This document shows, piece by piece, positions 44,082 through 54,092 of a stretch of 64,000 bases of DNA. The stretch is from contig DASXFW010000086.1 in assembly GCA_036489395.1 (NCBI GenBank), forward strand, positions 9,333 to 73,332, written 5' to 3'. The notes under the pieces were generated by a model, which saw nothing but the letters and a program-made list of their open reading frames with translations, was not told where the DNA came from and made no database searches. A program made the translations under genes and the position numbers. Within the stretch, counting starts at the first letter, position 1. Each line of letters opens with the position of its first letter. This DNA comes from Acetobacteraceae bacterium (lineage in GTDB: Bacteria; Pseudomonadota; Alphaproteobacteria; Acetobacterales; Acetobacteraceae).

Positions 44082-45347
44082 ATGTCCCAGGACCCCGAAC
44101 ACCCGCCCGCCGCCCCCCCGATCTTCGATCCGGCCGCCTTCCGCCTGACCGACGCGCAGGCGTCGTTGATCGCGCGCACCCAGCGCCTGGCGGCGGAAAA
44201 CTTCGGTCCGCGCGCTGCGCAGTACGATCGCGAAGCCCGCTTTCCCACCGAAAATTACCGCGACCTGCGTGACGCCGGCTTGCTTGCGATCTGCGTTCCG
44301 GCAGCGCACGGTGGCCTCGGTGCCAACTACCAGACGTACTCGCTGGCCGCGGCGGAGATCGCCCGCCATTGCGGCGCAACGGCACTGACCTGGAACATGC
44401 ACGTTTGCTCGACGCTCTGGTCCGGTCCGCTGGCCGACGACCTGACGATGGACGACGCCACCCGCGCCGATCACGACCGCCGCCGCGCGGTGCATTTCGC
44501 CCGCATCGTGCGCGCCGGTGCGATCTACGCGCAGCCCTTCTCCGAGGGTAACGCCGCCGCATCGGGCGCCGCGCCATTCGGGACGCTGGCGCGGCCGGTC
44601 GAAGGCGGCTGGCGCATCACCGGCCGCAAGGTGTTCGCATCTCTGTCGGGCAACGCCGATTACTACGGCACGCTGTGCACCGAGCCATCCGCCGACGGCT
44701 CGCTGTCCCGCCGCAACACGCTGTATCTCGCGGTGCCGGCCAACGCGCAGGGCGTGCGCGTGGAGGGCGAGTGGGATCCGCTGGGCATGCGCGGCACTGT
44801 GTCCCGCAACCTTATCCTCGACGACGTATTCGTGCCCGACGACGCGGCGCTGATGCCGCGCGGCATTTACGCACAGGCGGCAATCCGCTGGCCGCATATG
44901 TTCCTGACGCTGTCGCCGACCTATCTCGGCCTGGCGCAGGCCGCGTTCGATTTCACGGTGCGTTATCTGCGCGGCGAGGTTCCCGGTGCGCCGTCCGGCA
45001 AGCGCCGCGGCAGCGCCGTGAAGCAGCTTGTCGTCGCCGAGATGCGCATCAAACTGGAGCAAGCCAAGTCGCTGTGGTTCCAGGCAATCAGCGAGGCACA
45101 TGTCGATCCGTCGAAAGATCAGGTGCTGCGTGCCTATGCCGCACAGCACTGCGTCATGGAAACCGCGAACGACCTGGCACGCCTGGCGATCCGCACCTGC
45201 GGCGGCCATGCCATGTTGAAAAGCTTCCCACTGGAACGCATATACCGAGACAGCCGCTGCGGTTCGCTCATGCTGCCGTGGACCGCGGAAATCTGCCTGG
45301 AACGCATCGGCCGCGGCGCTTTGTACGAAGACGGCGAGACCGACTGA
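44082..45347 (+). CDS. Acyl-CoA/acyl-ACP dehydrogenase family protein (FkbI/ZmaE-like context)
   Basis: ORF 44040..45347 trimmed to MSQDPEHPP... at 44082. It has the ACAD fold pattern (…ENFGPRAAQYDREARFPTENYRDLRDAGLL…). The canonical C-terminal YEGT catalytic-Glu motif is replaced by LPWTAEI. Confidence 0.85.
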   Translation: MSQDPEHPPAAPPIFDPAAFRLTDAQASLIARTQRLAAENFGPRAAQYDREARFPTENYRDLRDAGLLAICVPAAHGGLGANYQTYSLAAAEIARHCGATALTWNMHVCSTLWSGPLADDLTMDDATRADHDRRRAVHFARIVRAGAIYAQPFSEGNAAASGAAPFGTLARPVEGGWRITGRKVFASLSGNADYYGTLCTEPSADGSLSRRNTLYLAVPANAQGVRVEGEWDPLGMRGTVSRNLILDDVFVPDDAALMPRGIYAQAAIRWPHMFLTLSPTYLGLAQAAFDFTVRYLRGEVPGAPSGKRRGSAVKQLVVAEMRIKLEQAKSLWFQAISEAHVDPSKDQVLRAYAAQHCVMETANDLARLAIRTCGGHAMLKSFPLERIYRDSRCGSLMLPWTAEICLERIGRGALYEDGETD

Positions 45348-46855
45348 TGAACCTCGCCGACCTGATCGACCGCAACGCCGCATTCACGCCCGGCAAGCCG
45401 GCGCTGCGTTTCGAAGGCGCCGTGTGGGACTATGCTTTTTTCGCATGCCGCATCGCCGCACTGGCGCGGGCGATGCAGTCGCAACTTGGCGTGCACCGCG
45501 GCGATCGCGTCGCCGTGCTGGCGTTGAACCGTCCGGATTATCTGGCGCTGCTGTACGCATGCGCGCGGCTCGGTGCGATGCTGGTGCCGTTGAACTGGCG
45601 GCTTGCGATCCCGGAGCAAGTGTTCATCCTGCGCGATGCCGGGGTGAAGGCGGTATTCGTCGCGGCCGATTTCGCCGCCGTCGCGCCGCTGCTGATGCAG
45701 GCCTTGCCGCAGACCCGCATCGTGCATCTGGATGATGCCGCCGGCTTCGAGGCGTTGCTGAACGCTGGCACCGGTGACGGCCGCGAACCGCACGTGGATT
45801 TCTCCGCGCCGCTGTTGATTGTTTATACGTCCGGCACCACCGGCCGACCGAAAGGCGCCGTACTAACCCAGCAGGCGGTATTCTCCAACGGCGTGATGAG
45901 CCACCACATGCACGCGATGACGGCGGACGATCATGTGCTGACCGTGCTGCCGTTTTTCCATGTCGGCGGCTTGAACATTCAGACGACGCCGGCGCTGCAG
46001 CTCGGCGCGACGGTTACCATCCACGCCCGTTTCGCGCCCGGCGACACGCTGGCGGCCATAGCGCATGACCGTCCGACGCTGACCGGGCTGGTGCCCGCGG
46101 CGGTCCAGGCGTTGCGGCAGCATCCGGCGTGGGAGACAACGGACCTCACCTGTCTGCGCGCGATGATGACGGGGTCGAGCATCGTGCCGCAGAAGCTGAT
46201 TGACGCCTTCACCGATCGTGGCGTGCCGGTGGTGCAGGTCTATGGCGCGACCGAGACCTGTCCGATCGCAATCTACACGCGCCTTGGCGGCGATTTGACG
46301 CGGCCAGGCTCGACCGGCCTGCCCGGCCTGCTGTGCGAAGCGCGCATCGTCGATGCAGCCGGCAACGACGTGGCGGCGAACGTTCCGGGCGAGATTCTCA
46401 TTCGCGGCGAGAACGTTCTGGTGGAGTACTGGGGCAACGCGGCCGCAACAGCCGATGGGTTGCGCGACGGTTGGTACTGGACCGGCGACATCGCCAAACG
46501 CGATGCCGATGGCTATGTCACGGTGCTGGAGCGCAAGCGCAACGTGATCATATCTGGCGGCGAGAATGTCTATCCGGCGGAGATCGAACGCGTGCTGCAC
46601 GACCATCCCGCGGTCGCGGAAGCAGCGGCGATCGGCGTGCCCGATCCGCGCTGGCAGGAGGTCCCGCTCGCCTTCGTCGTGCTGCGCGAAAACGCGACGC
46701 AAGGGGCCGCTGAACTGCGCGCCCATGTCGCCGCGCAACTGGCCCGCTTCAAGCTGCCGCGGGAGATCGTTATCGTACCCGACCTGCCGCGCAACGCGCT
46801 CGGCAAGGTGCAGCATTTCCGGCTGCGGGAGATGTGGGGAGAGGAGCGCGGATGA
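45347..46855 (+). CDS. AMP-dependent synthetase/ligase (acyl-CoA or acyl-ACP ligase) 1
   Basis: This is the real gene inside ORF 44675..46855. The ATG overlaps the upstream TGA (TGATG). It has the A3 motif IVYTSGTTGRPKGAVL and the A10 region ...LPRNALGKV. Confidence 0.9.
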   Translation: MNLADLIDRNAAFTPGKPALRFEGAVWDYAFFACRIAALARAMQSQLGVHRGDRVAVLALNRPDYLALLYACARLGAMLVPLNWRLAIPEQVFILRDAGVKAVFVAADFAAVAPLLMQALPQTRIVHLDDAAGFEALLNAGTGDGREPHVDFSAPLLIVYTSGTTGRPKGAVLTQQAVFSNGVMSHHMHAMTADDHVLTVLPFFHVGGLNIQTTPALQLGATVTIHARFAPGDTLAAIAHDRPTLTGLVPAAVQALRQHPAWETTDLTCLRAMMTGSSIVPQKLIDAFTDRGVPVVQVYGATETCPIAIYTRLGGDLTRPGSTGLPGLLCEARIVDAAGNDVAANVPGEILIRGENVLVEYWGNAAATADGLRDGWYWTGDIAKRDADGYVTVLERKRNVIISGGENVYPAEIERVLHDHPAVAEAAAIGVPDPRWQEVPLAFVVLRENATQGAAELRAHVAAQLARFKLPREIVIVPDLPRNALGKVQHFRLREMWGEERG

Positions 46856-46908
46856 TCCGGTATCCAGGTAATGGCGCGGCGTATGGCGCAGCCACCCACC
46901 TCACCCCC

Positions 46909-46986
46909 GTCATGGCCGGCCCTGAGCCGGCCATCTACCCCGCGGACCGTCCGTGCGAAGATGACCGGGTCAAGCCCGGCCATGAC
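46909..46986. repeat. RepD elements between the two ligase genes
   Basis: The elements are gtcatggccggccctgagccggccat (46909-46934) and gatgaccgggtcaagcccggccatgac (46960-46986). Confidence 0.8.
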
Positions 46987-47024
46987 GGGTTAGTCGTTGC
47001 CATGACGCAAGAGCATTCCCGCCC

Positions 47025-48524
47025 ATGACCGACTGGACCAACCTCGGCGACGCCATCGACCGCGATAGCGACCCCGCCACGCCGGCGGTCATCGACCTCG
47101 GCCACGAAACTCCGCCGCGCATCTACACCTACGGCGAGCTCGACTCCCTCGCGAACGCCGTCGCGCGCGGCTTGCTGCGCCGCGGCCTGAACGCCGGCGA
47201 CCGCGTCGCCATCATCGCCGCAAACCGCGCCGAGTACCTCGCGAGCTTCCTCGGCACCATGCGCGCCGGCCTCGTCTCCGTGCCGGTGAATTTCAAGCTT
47301 CCGCCCATCCTGGTGCAGCACATCCTGCGCGACTCCGACACGCGCTTCGTCCTGTGCGACGCGGCGCGCGCGTCCCTGTGCCCGCCCGATCTTCCGCACG
47401 CGACCTTTGGCCACGACAGCTTCGCCGCATTGCTCGATTCCGGCGAATTCGCAGCCGTGCGGCCGGAACCAACGGCGCCGGGCATGTTCCTCTACACCTC
47501 CGGTTCAACCGGCCGGCCAAAAGGCGTGGTCCTGTCGCACGAATCCCATCTCTGGGTGCTGCGCGTCCGCCGGCGCATCGGCGTCCCGCAGCGCACGTTG
47601 GTCGCCGCGCCGCTGTATCACATGAACGCGCTCGCGGTCTGCCAGGTCGCGCTGGTGCAACGCGACACCATCGTGCTGCTGCCAAACTTCACAGCACCCA
47701 GCTATATCCGTGCGATCGGCGAACACCGCGCCACGATGCTGACCTCGGTCCCGCCGATGATCGCCATGATGCTGCGCGAGGAAGAATTGCTCCGCCGCAC
47801 CAACCTTTCGTCCGTCACGTCGGTGCGCATGGGTTCCGCGCCGGTGTCCGCCGCGCTGATGGATGCGATCCGCGCGATGTTTCCCAACGCCTCCATCACC
47901 AACGGCTACGGCACCACGGAATCCGGCCCGATCGCCTTCGCGCCTCACCCCGACGGCCGCGAGACGCCACCCTTGTCCGTCGGCGTGCCGCACCTGGCCG
48001 TGCAGCTTCGCCTCGTCGCCGACGACGATAACAATGCGACGGAAGGTATCCTGGACATCAAGTGCGGCGCGCTGATGAACGGTTATCACAAACTCCCGGA
48101 GGCCACGGCGAAGGTGATGACCGAAGACGGCTTCTACATCACCGGCGACGTATTCCGCCGCGACGAACACGGCTTCCATTTCTTCGTCGGCCGCACCGAC
48201 GACATGTTCGTCAGCGGCGGCGAGAACATCTATCCGGGCGAAGTCGAAAAGATCCTCGAGACCCACCCCCTCATCCGTCAGGCCGCCGTCATTCCTGTTC
48301 CCGACGACATCAAGGGCCACAAGCCCGTCGCCTTCGTCGTTGCCGCGGAACGCCTGACCGAGGACGACGTGAAACGCCACGCCCTGGCCAACGCCGCCGC
48401 CTACCAGCACCCCCGCCGCGTCTGGTTCCTGGACGAATTGCCGCTCGCCGGCACCAACAAGGTCGATCGCCGCGCGTTGTTAGAGCACGCGATGAATGCG
48501 CTCGGCACCGAGGAGACAAGATGA
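47025..48524 (+). CDS. AMP-dependent synthetase/ligase 2
   Basis: 499 aa with the A3 motif [15 protein letters not shown], the A8-like motif [21 protein letters not shown] and the C-terminal [11 protein letters not shown]. Confidence 0.9.
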   Translation: MTDWTNLGDAIDRDSDPATPAVIDLGHETPPRIYTYGELDSLANAVARGLLRRGLNAGDRVAIIAANRAEYLASFLGTMRAGLVSVPVNFKLPPILVQHILRDSDTRFVLCDAARASLCPPDLPHATFGHDSFAALLDSGEFAAVRPEPTAPGMFLYTSGSTGRPKGVVLSHESHLWVLRVRRRIGVPQRTLVAAPLYHMNALAVCQVALVQRDTIVLLPNFTAPSYIRAIGEHRATMLTSVPPMIAMMLREEELLRRTNLSSVTSVRMGSAPVSAALMDAIRAMFPNASITNGYGTTESGPIAFAPHPDGRETPPLSVGVPHLAVQLRLVADDDNNATEGILDIKCGALMNGYHKLPEATAKVMTEDGFYITGDVFRRDEHGFHFFVGRTDDMFVSGGENIYPGEVEKILETHPLIRQAAVIPVPDDIKGHKPVAFVVAAERLTEDDVKRHALANAAAYQHPRRVWFLDELPLAGTNKVDRRALLEHAMNALGTEETR

Positions 48525-49534
48525 GAGCCCTGGTCCTGCGCGCGCACGGCGCGATCGACACGCTGCGCGTCGAACCCGACTTCCCCGATCCGATCCCCGG
48601 CGACGGTGACGTCCTGCTGCGCGTCCGCGCATGTTCCTTTAACTACCACGACGTTTTCACCGTGCGCGGCATGCCCGGCATCAAAATCCCCATGCCCGGC
48701 ATCCCCGGCCTGGACCTGGCGGGCGAGATCGTCGCCCTCGGCACGGGTGTAACCGGCTGGCAGGTTGGCGACCGCGTCGTCGTCGATCCCATTAACCGGG
48801 TAGAGGGTGGATTGATGGGCGAGACCATCCACGGCGGTATGGCCGAGCTCTGCCGCGTGCGCGCCCACCAGCTTGTGCGCCTGCCCGACGCGGTCAGCTT
48901 CGTGGAGGCTGCGGCGCTCCCCTGCGCCTATGGCACCGCGCATCGCATGATGGTCACCAACGGCAGCGTCGCCGCGGGCGAAAAAGTGCTGATCCTGGGC
49001 GCATCCGGTGGCGTCGGCGTGTGCTGCGTGCAGCTTGCGAAACTCGCCGGCGCCACGGTGATCGCGTGCGCGGGCAGCGAGGCAAAGGCGCGGCGGCTGC
49101 GCGACCTCGGCGCCGATCACACGATAAACTACGTCGAAAAGGACTTCGTGCAGGAGGTCTATGCCCTCTACGGCAAGCCGGTCCGCCGCGGCGCGGGCAC
49201 CGATCGCGGCATGGACGTGGTCGTGAACTACACCGGCGGCGACACCTGGACCAAATCGCTGCGCGTGCTGCGCGTCGGCGGACGGTTGCTGACGTGTGGC
49301 GCCACCGCGGGCTACGACCCCAAGGAGGACATCCGCTTCATCTGGACGTTCGAGCTGAAAATCCTCGGCGCCAACGGCTGGGCGCGAGCGGATGTCGAAC
49401 GCCTGTTGCAGCTTGTCGCGGAACGAAAATTGAAGGCGCTGGTTGATGAAACCTTCCCGTTGGACCGCGCGCCCGAGGCACTTGCGCGCCTGGAAAACCG
49501 CAACGTGTTCGGCAAGCTCGTGGTGACGCCATGA
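48521..49534 (+). CDS. Zinc-type alcohol dehydrogenase / quinone-oxidoreductase-like MDR protein
   Basis: This is the real gene inside ORF 48062..49534. The start [10 protein letters not shown]... at 48521 overlaps the upstream stop (ATGA). It has a GroES-like N-terminal domain and the Rossmann motif [17 protein letters not shown]. Confidence 0.9.
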   Translation: MRALVLRAHGAIDTLRVEPDFPDPIPGDGDVLLRVRACSFNYHDVFTVRGMPGIKIPMPGIPGLDLAGEIVALGTGVTGWQVGDRVVVDPINRVEGGLMGETIHGGMAELCRVRAHQLVRLPDAVSFVEAAALPCAYGTAHRMMVTNGSVAAGEKVLILGASGGVGVCCVQLAKLAGATVIACAGSEAKARRLRDLGADHTINYVEKDFVQEVYALYGKPVRRGAGTDRGMDVVVNYTGGDTWTKSLRVLRVGGRLLTCGATAGYDPKEDIRFIWTFELKILGANGWARADVERLLQLVAERKLKALVDETFPLDRAPEALARLENRNVFGKLVVTP

Positions 49535-49953
49535 GCGACCTGCCGCTGTCCAAGGAGCGACTGCAGCGCATGCTGGCGGGATCGCCGGCGATCGACGCGA
49601 TGGGTCTGGAAGTGGTGTCCACCGATCCCGCGGCGGAAACCGTCGTGATGCGCGCGGCGATGCGGCCGGAGTTCGAACGCATGCGTGGCTCCGGCCAATG
49701 GCACGGCGGCCCGATCGCCGCGATCATCGACACGGTTGGCGACTATGCGCTGGTCATGGTGCTGGGCCGGCCGCTGCCGACCATCAACATGCGGGTGGAT
49801 TATCTGCGGCCGGCGATCAACACCGCGCTGATCGTCACCGGGCGCGTTCGCCGCAACGGCCGCAGTGTCGGCGTGGTGGATATCGACGTGGCGAACGAAG
49901 CCGGCGCGATGGTGGCGATCGGCCGTGCGGCCTATGCGACCGCGACCGGGTGA
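49531..49953 (+). CDS. PaaI/hotdog-fold thioesterase
   Basis: 140 aa with ...GQWHGGPIAAIIDTVGDYALV...GRVRRNGRSVGVVDIDV.... It overlaps the MDR gene by 4 nt. Confidence 0.85.
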   Translation: MSDLPLSKERLQRMLAGSPAIDAMGLEVVSTDPAAETVVMRAAMRPEFERMRGSGQWHGGPIAAIIDTVGDYALVMVLGRPLPTINMRVDYLRPAINTALIVTGRVRRNGRSVGVVDIDVANEAGAMVAIGRAAYATATG

Positions 49954-50000
49954 ACCGGTCGCGACCTGATTCGAAGGGCCGTAGCGACCCGCATCCAACT

Positions 50001-50284
50001 GTCATTGCGAGTTGGCCACACTCCGGCGGCGGCCGACCCACCCTGGATGAAACTGAAGCCCCCTGTCATTGCGAGGCCGCTCGGCCGAAGCAATCTCGTT
50101 CGTGATGAGCTGCGGGCGGCTCGTCACGAACGGGATTGCTTCGGCCGAGCGGCCTCGCAATGACAGGGGGCTTCAGTTTCTTGTTAGCGCAGCGAAGCAA
50201 TCCCCCGCCGGCGATCGCACGATGCCCGCGGGAGATTGCTTCGCTGCGCTCGCAATGACAGTGGGGCTGCGCTCGCAATGACAG
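50001..50284. repeat. RepB forward (50001-50052) plus RepA two-tier palindrome (50065-50164) plus RepE-like hairpin (50173-50259) plus a stub
   Basis: Read directly from the sequence. The module order is the same as at 30911-31093. Confidence 0.9.
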
Positions 50285-50410
50285 TGGAGCGGTCGCGTCG
50301 GCCCGACACCCGCGCAGCAGTGGAGGCCCTGCGCCGCCACCTGAAACCGAGGTTGCCGAAAACCTACCGATCGGTATCATCGCCACCGAACCCCAGGCGC
50401 GAGGCGCGGC

Positions 50411-51523
50411 ATGAACTTCGATTTCTCTGACGACAGCAAGCTGCTGCGCGAGCAAGCGCAGCGCTTCCTGCGGGAGAATTGTCCGCCCAAGGCGGTGCGT
50501 GCGGTGCTGGAGGGGAAGGCGCCGCATGACGCCGCGTTGTGGCGCGGCATGGCGGAGATGGGCTGGCTCGGCGCGGCAATCCCCGAAGCGTATGACGGCG
50601 CCGGCCTCGGCTACGAGGCATTGTGCGTGCTGGCGGAAGAACTCGGCCGCGCGCTGGCGCCGGTGCCGTTTACATCCAGCGTCTGCCTCGCCGCCGAAGC
50701 GATCCTCGCCGCCGGCAGCGAGTCGCAGAAACGCGAGTACCTGCCGAAGCTCGCGCGGGGTGAACTGATTGCGACATTCGCCCTGGCGGAGGGCGCGGGC
50801 GATCCGCGCGAGGCCAGCGTGCACACGCGGCTGGCCGACGGCCGTATCAGCGGCACGAAATGGCCGGTGCCGGATGGCACGATCGCGCAGCTTGCCGTGG
50901 TGGCCGCACGCGATGCGTCCGGCGTATCGCTGGCGCTGGTCGATCTGACCGCACTCGGCATAACGCGCACCGCGCTGGCAAGCGTCGATCCCAGCCGAGA
51001 CCAGGCGAAAATCGATTTCGTCAACGCGCCCGCGGTGCTGCTGGGCGAAGCGGGCCAGGGCTGGAACACCGTGCGCCGCGTGCTGGATCGTGCGGCCATC
51101 GTGACCGCGTTCGAGCAGGTAGGCGGCGCGACGGCGGCACTGGAGATGGCGACGGCGTATGCGAAGGAACGGTTCGCGTTCGGTCGCCCGATCGGTTCAT
51201 TCCAGGCGATCAAGCACAAGCTGGCGGACGTGTACGTCGCGACCGAGCTCGCGCGTTCCAACGCCTATTACGGCGTCTGGGCGCTGTCGGCGGATGCGGC
51301 GGAACTGCCGCTGGCAGCCGCAACCGCGCGCGTGTCGGCGTCCGACGCATTCTTCCAGGCGACGAAGGAGAATATCCAGGTGCATGGCGGCGTTGGCTAC
51401 ACCTGGGACTACGACTGTCACTTGTACTATCGTCGCGCCAAGCTGCTGGCGCTGGCTTTGGGCAGCCAGCGGCATTGGAAGAATCGCGTGGTCGCCGAAC
51501 TCGAAACCCGCAACGCCGCCTGA
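50411..51523 (+). CDS. Acyl-CoA dehydrogenase family protein, degenerate (probable non-catalytic partner subunit)
   Basis: 370 aa with the ACAD fold. The FAD/substrate motif is degenerate (FALAEGAGDP in place of SEPxxGSD). There is no Glu at either known catalytic-base position (VLDRAAI; ALALGSQRH). Confidence 0.85.
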   Translation: MNFDFSDDSKLLREQAQRFLRENCPPKAVRAVLEGKAPHDAALWRGMAEMGWLGAAIPEAYDGAGLGYEALCVLAEELGRALAPVPFTSSVCLAAEAILAAGSESQKREYLPKLARGELIATFALAEGAGDPREASVHTRLADGRISGTKWPVPDGTIAQLAVVAARDASGVSLALVDLTALGITRTALASVDPSRDQAKIDFVNAPAVLLGEAGQGWNTVRRVLDRAAIVTAFEQVGGATAALEMATAYAKERFAFGRPIGSFQAIKHKLADVYVATELARSNAYYGVWALSADAAELPLAAATARVSASDAFFQATKENIQVHGGVGYTWDYDCHLYYRRAKLLALALGSQRHWKNRVVAELETRNAA

Positions 51524-51543
51524 CGCGCAGGGAGCACGACACG

Positions 51544-52776
51544 ATGGACTTCGACGATACCCCGGAAGAAGCCGCGTTCCGCACCGAGGCGCGCGCATTC
51601 CTGGAAGCGAACGCCACCCGCAAGACTCGCCGTTCCGCCGCGCATCGCTACGGCGATACCGACGCGGCCGAGGTCGCCCGCGCCAGGTCCTGGCAGGTGC
51701 GGAAAGCGGATGCCGGTTTCGCCGGCATCACCTGGCAGAAGGAATGGGGTGGCCGCGGCGGCACGCCGATGCAGCAGATCATCTGGCAGCAGGAGGAGGC
51801 AAACTACGAGACCCCGCCGAACATCTTCCTGATCGGGCTGGGCATGTGCATCCCCACCATGATCGCCTACGCGAAGCCCGACCAGTTGCAGCGCTATGTG
51901 AAGCCGGCGCTGCGCGGGGATGAGATCTGGTGCCAATTGTTTTCCGAACCCTCCGGCGGTTCCGATGTCGGCGGGCTGCGCACGCGGGCAGAGAAGCGCG
52001 GCGACGAGTGGGTGATCAACGGACAGAAGATCTGGACCTCCGGCGCGCATTATTCCGATTACGGCCTGCTGCTGACGCGCAGCGATCCGAACATCCAGAA
52101 ACACGCCGGCCTGACCGCGTTCTTCATCGACATGAAATCGCGCGGTATTGAGGTGCGGCCAATCCACCAGATGTCGGGCGCATCGAACTTCAACGAGGTG
52201 TTCTTCACCGATCTGCGCGTGCCGGATGCGCAGCGGCTCGGCGCGCCGGGCGCCGGCTGGAAGGTGGCGATCACCACGCTGATGAACGAGCGTCTCGCCG
52301 CCAGCGAAAATCGCCGCCCCGACATGCAGGACCTGATCGAGCTGGCACGCTCGCTCGAGATCGACGGCCGTCCCGCGATCGCCGACCCGGCAGTGCGCGA
52401 GCGCATCGCCGAATGGCATGCGCAAACGGCGGGCCTGACCTACACGCGGTTCCGCGTGCTTACCGCGCTGTCGCGCGGGCAGACTCCCGGGCCGGAGAAC
52501 TCGATCTTCAAGCTGGTCAATGCCAGTAAGCAGCAGGCGGTTGCCTCCTTCGGCATGGACCTGCTGGGCATGGCGGGTGGCGTGATGGATCCCGACCTCG
52601 CGCCAGTGCAGGCGATGTTCCAGGATTCGCTGCTATCGGCGCCGGGCATGCGCATCGCCGGTGGCACCGACGAGATCCTGCGCAATATCATCGCCGAACG
52701 CGTGCTTGGACTGCCCGGCGATATGCGCGCTGACAAGGACCTGCCTTTCAACCAATTGCCAAGTGGGAGTCGATAG
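51544..52776 (+). CDS. Acyl-CoA dehydrogenase family protein (catalytic subunit candidate, IVD/LCAD-type base)
   Basis: This is the real gene inside ORF 50860..52776, starting at MDFDDTPEEAAF... (51544). It has the canonical LFSEPSGGSD. Glu in TLMNERLA aligns with the IVD-type base, while the C-terminal motif is IAGGTDEI (the MCAD-type Glu is replaced by Gly). Confidence 0.9.
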   Translation: MDFDDTPEEAAFRTEARAFLEANATRKTRRSAAHRYGDTDAAEVARARSWQVRKADAGFAGITWQKEWGGRGGTPMQQIIWQQEEANYETPPNIFLIGLGMCIPTMIAYAKPDQLQRYVKPALRGDEIWCQLFSEPSGGSDVGGLRTRAEKRGDEWVINGQKIWTSGAHYSDYGLLLTRSDPNIQKHAGLTAFFIDMKSRGIEVRPIHQMSGASNFNEVFFTDLRVPDAQRLGAPGAGWKVAITTLMNERLAASENRRPDMQDLIELARSLEIDGRPAIADPAVRERIAEWHAQTAGLTYTRFRVLTALSRGQTPGPENSIFKLVNASKQQAVASFGMDLLGMAGGVMDPDLAPVQAMFQDSLLSAPGMRIAGGTDEILRNIIAERVLGLPGDMRADKDLPFNQLPSGSR

Positions 52777-52786
52777 GATGCACCCT

Positions 52787-52887
52787 GTCATTGCGAGGAG
52801 CGAAGCGACGAAGCAACCTCGGTCGTGTCGAGGCACTGTGCGACTACACGAACGGGATTGCTTCGTCGCGTCGCTCCTCGCAATGAC
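52787..52887. repeat. RepE two-tier palindrome inside an apparent operon
   Basis: The sequence is gtcattgcgaggagcgaagcgacgaagcaacctcggtcgtg...cacgaacgggattgcttcgtcgcgtcgctcctcgcaatgac. It lies 11 nt after the ACAD stop and 21 nt before the thiolase ATG, whose GGGGAGGAG SD follows the repeat. Confidence 0.95.
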
Positions 52888-52907
52888 CGAGGGGAGGAGC
52901 GGCCGCC

Positions 52908-54092
52908 ATGACTGAACGCACGCTGCGGGGAAAAACCGCCATCGTCGGCATTGGCGAGACCACCTATTATCGCCACGGCCAGGCACCCGACGCCGAATTC
53001 ACGCTCGCGCTGCAAGCGGTCGTCGCCGCGTGCAAGGACGCCGGCATCAGCCCGCATGACATCGACGGCTTCGCTTCCTACGGCAACGACCGCAGCGAGG
53101 CCGGCCGTCTCGCCGCCGCGCTCGGCGTTAAGGAGCTGCGCTTCTCTAACATGTTCTGGGGCGGCGGCGGCGGCGGAGTCTGCGGCGCGGTCGGCAACGC
53201 CGCCGCAGCCGTGGCGACCGGCATGGCGGACTGCGTCGTCGCGTTTCGCTCGCTGGCGCAAGGCCAGTTCGCGCGCTATGGCCGCGGCACCGGCGCACCC
53301 CTCGCTGCCGGTGACGACCAATTTCTGTTCCCCTACGGTATCATGTCCCCAGCACAGCGTTTCGCCATGAAGGTGACGCGCTTCATGCACGACCACGGCA
53401 TTCGCCAGGAAGCGCTGCGCGCGATCTCGCTCGCCTGCTACCACCACGCGCAGAACAATCCCAACGCCGTGATGCGTGGCCGGCCGCTGACGGAACAAAA
53501 ATACGACGACTCGCGCTGGATCATCGAACCGTTCTTCCATCTCTACGATTGCTGTCAGGAAAACGACGGTGCCGCCGCGGTTATCGTCGTCCCCGCCGAC
53601 CGTGCCCGCGACTTTCCGCACAAACCCTCCTACCTGCTGTCATGCGCGCAAGGCTGCGACCATCGCAGTGCCGCGCCCGTGCACAACATGCCGAACTACC
53701 CGAGCTCGCATTTCGGCCAGATCGGGCCTCGGCTTTACGACATGGCAAAGCTGTCACCGTCCGACATCGGCATCGTGCAGTGCTATGAGAACTTCACCGG
53801 CGGCGTGCTGATGAGCCTGGTAGAACACGGCCTGGTGCGGCCGGAGGAAGCCAACGAAGTGCTGGTAAAGGACAACCTGATCGTGCCGAACGGAGGCATG
53901 CCGCTGAACACCAGCGGCGGCAACCTGGCCGAATGCTACATGCACGGCCTGGAGCTGGTGAACGAATCCGTGCGGCAGATCCGCGGCACCGCGATCAACC
54001 AGGTGAAGCGCAATGACACCGCGATCGTCATCGGCGGCCCGATGGTCACACCGGTCAGTTCCATCATCCTCGGATCGGAGGCGGCACTATGA
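52908..54092 (+). CDS. SCPx/Ltp-type thiolase-like protein (non-specific lipid-transfer/thiolase family)
   Basis: 394 aa with ...TAIVGIGETTYYRHG... and the C-terminal NTSGGNLAECYMHGLELVNESVRQIRG, typical of Ltp/SCP2-thiolases. It is followed by a DUF35 gene. Confidence 0.9.
   Translation: MTERTLRGKTAIVGIGETTYYRHGQAPDAEFTLALQAVVAACKDAGISPHDIDGFASYGNDRSEAGRLAAALGVKELRFSNMFWGGGGGGVCGAVGNAAAAVATGMADCVVAFRSLAQGQFARYGRGTGAPLAAGDDQFLFPYGIMSPAQRFAMKVTRFMHDHGIRQEALRAISLACYHHAQNNPNAVMRGRPLTEQKYDDSRWIIEPFFHLYDCCQENDGAAAVIVVPADRARDFPHKPSYLLSCAQGCDHRSAAPVHNMPNYPSSHFGQIGPRLYDMAKLSPSDIGIVQCYENFTGGVLMSLVEHGLVRPEEANEVLVKDNLIVPNGGMPLNTSGGNLAECYMHGLELVNESVRQIRGTAINQVKRNDTAIVIGGPMVTPVSSIILGSEAAL

Noticed and set aside
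42127-45383. 430-aa (42127..43419) and 498-aa (43887..45383) minus-strand ORFs
   Set aside because: They lie antisense to the FkbH-like and ACAD genes. The second one also runs straight through palindromic repeats.
50365-50376. Perfect 12-bp palindrome TACCGATCGGTA, 35 nt upstream of the ACAD ATG (operator candidate)
   Set aside because: A perfect 12-mer palindrome is expected by chance about once per 4096 positions, which gives more than 10 per window. No regulator gene is adjacent. It is kept only as a note.
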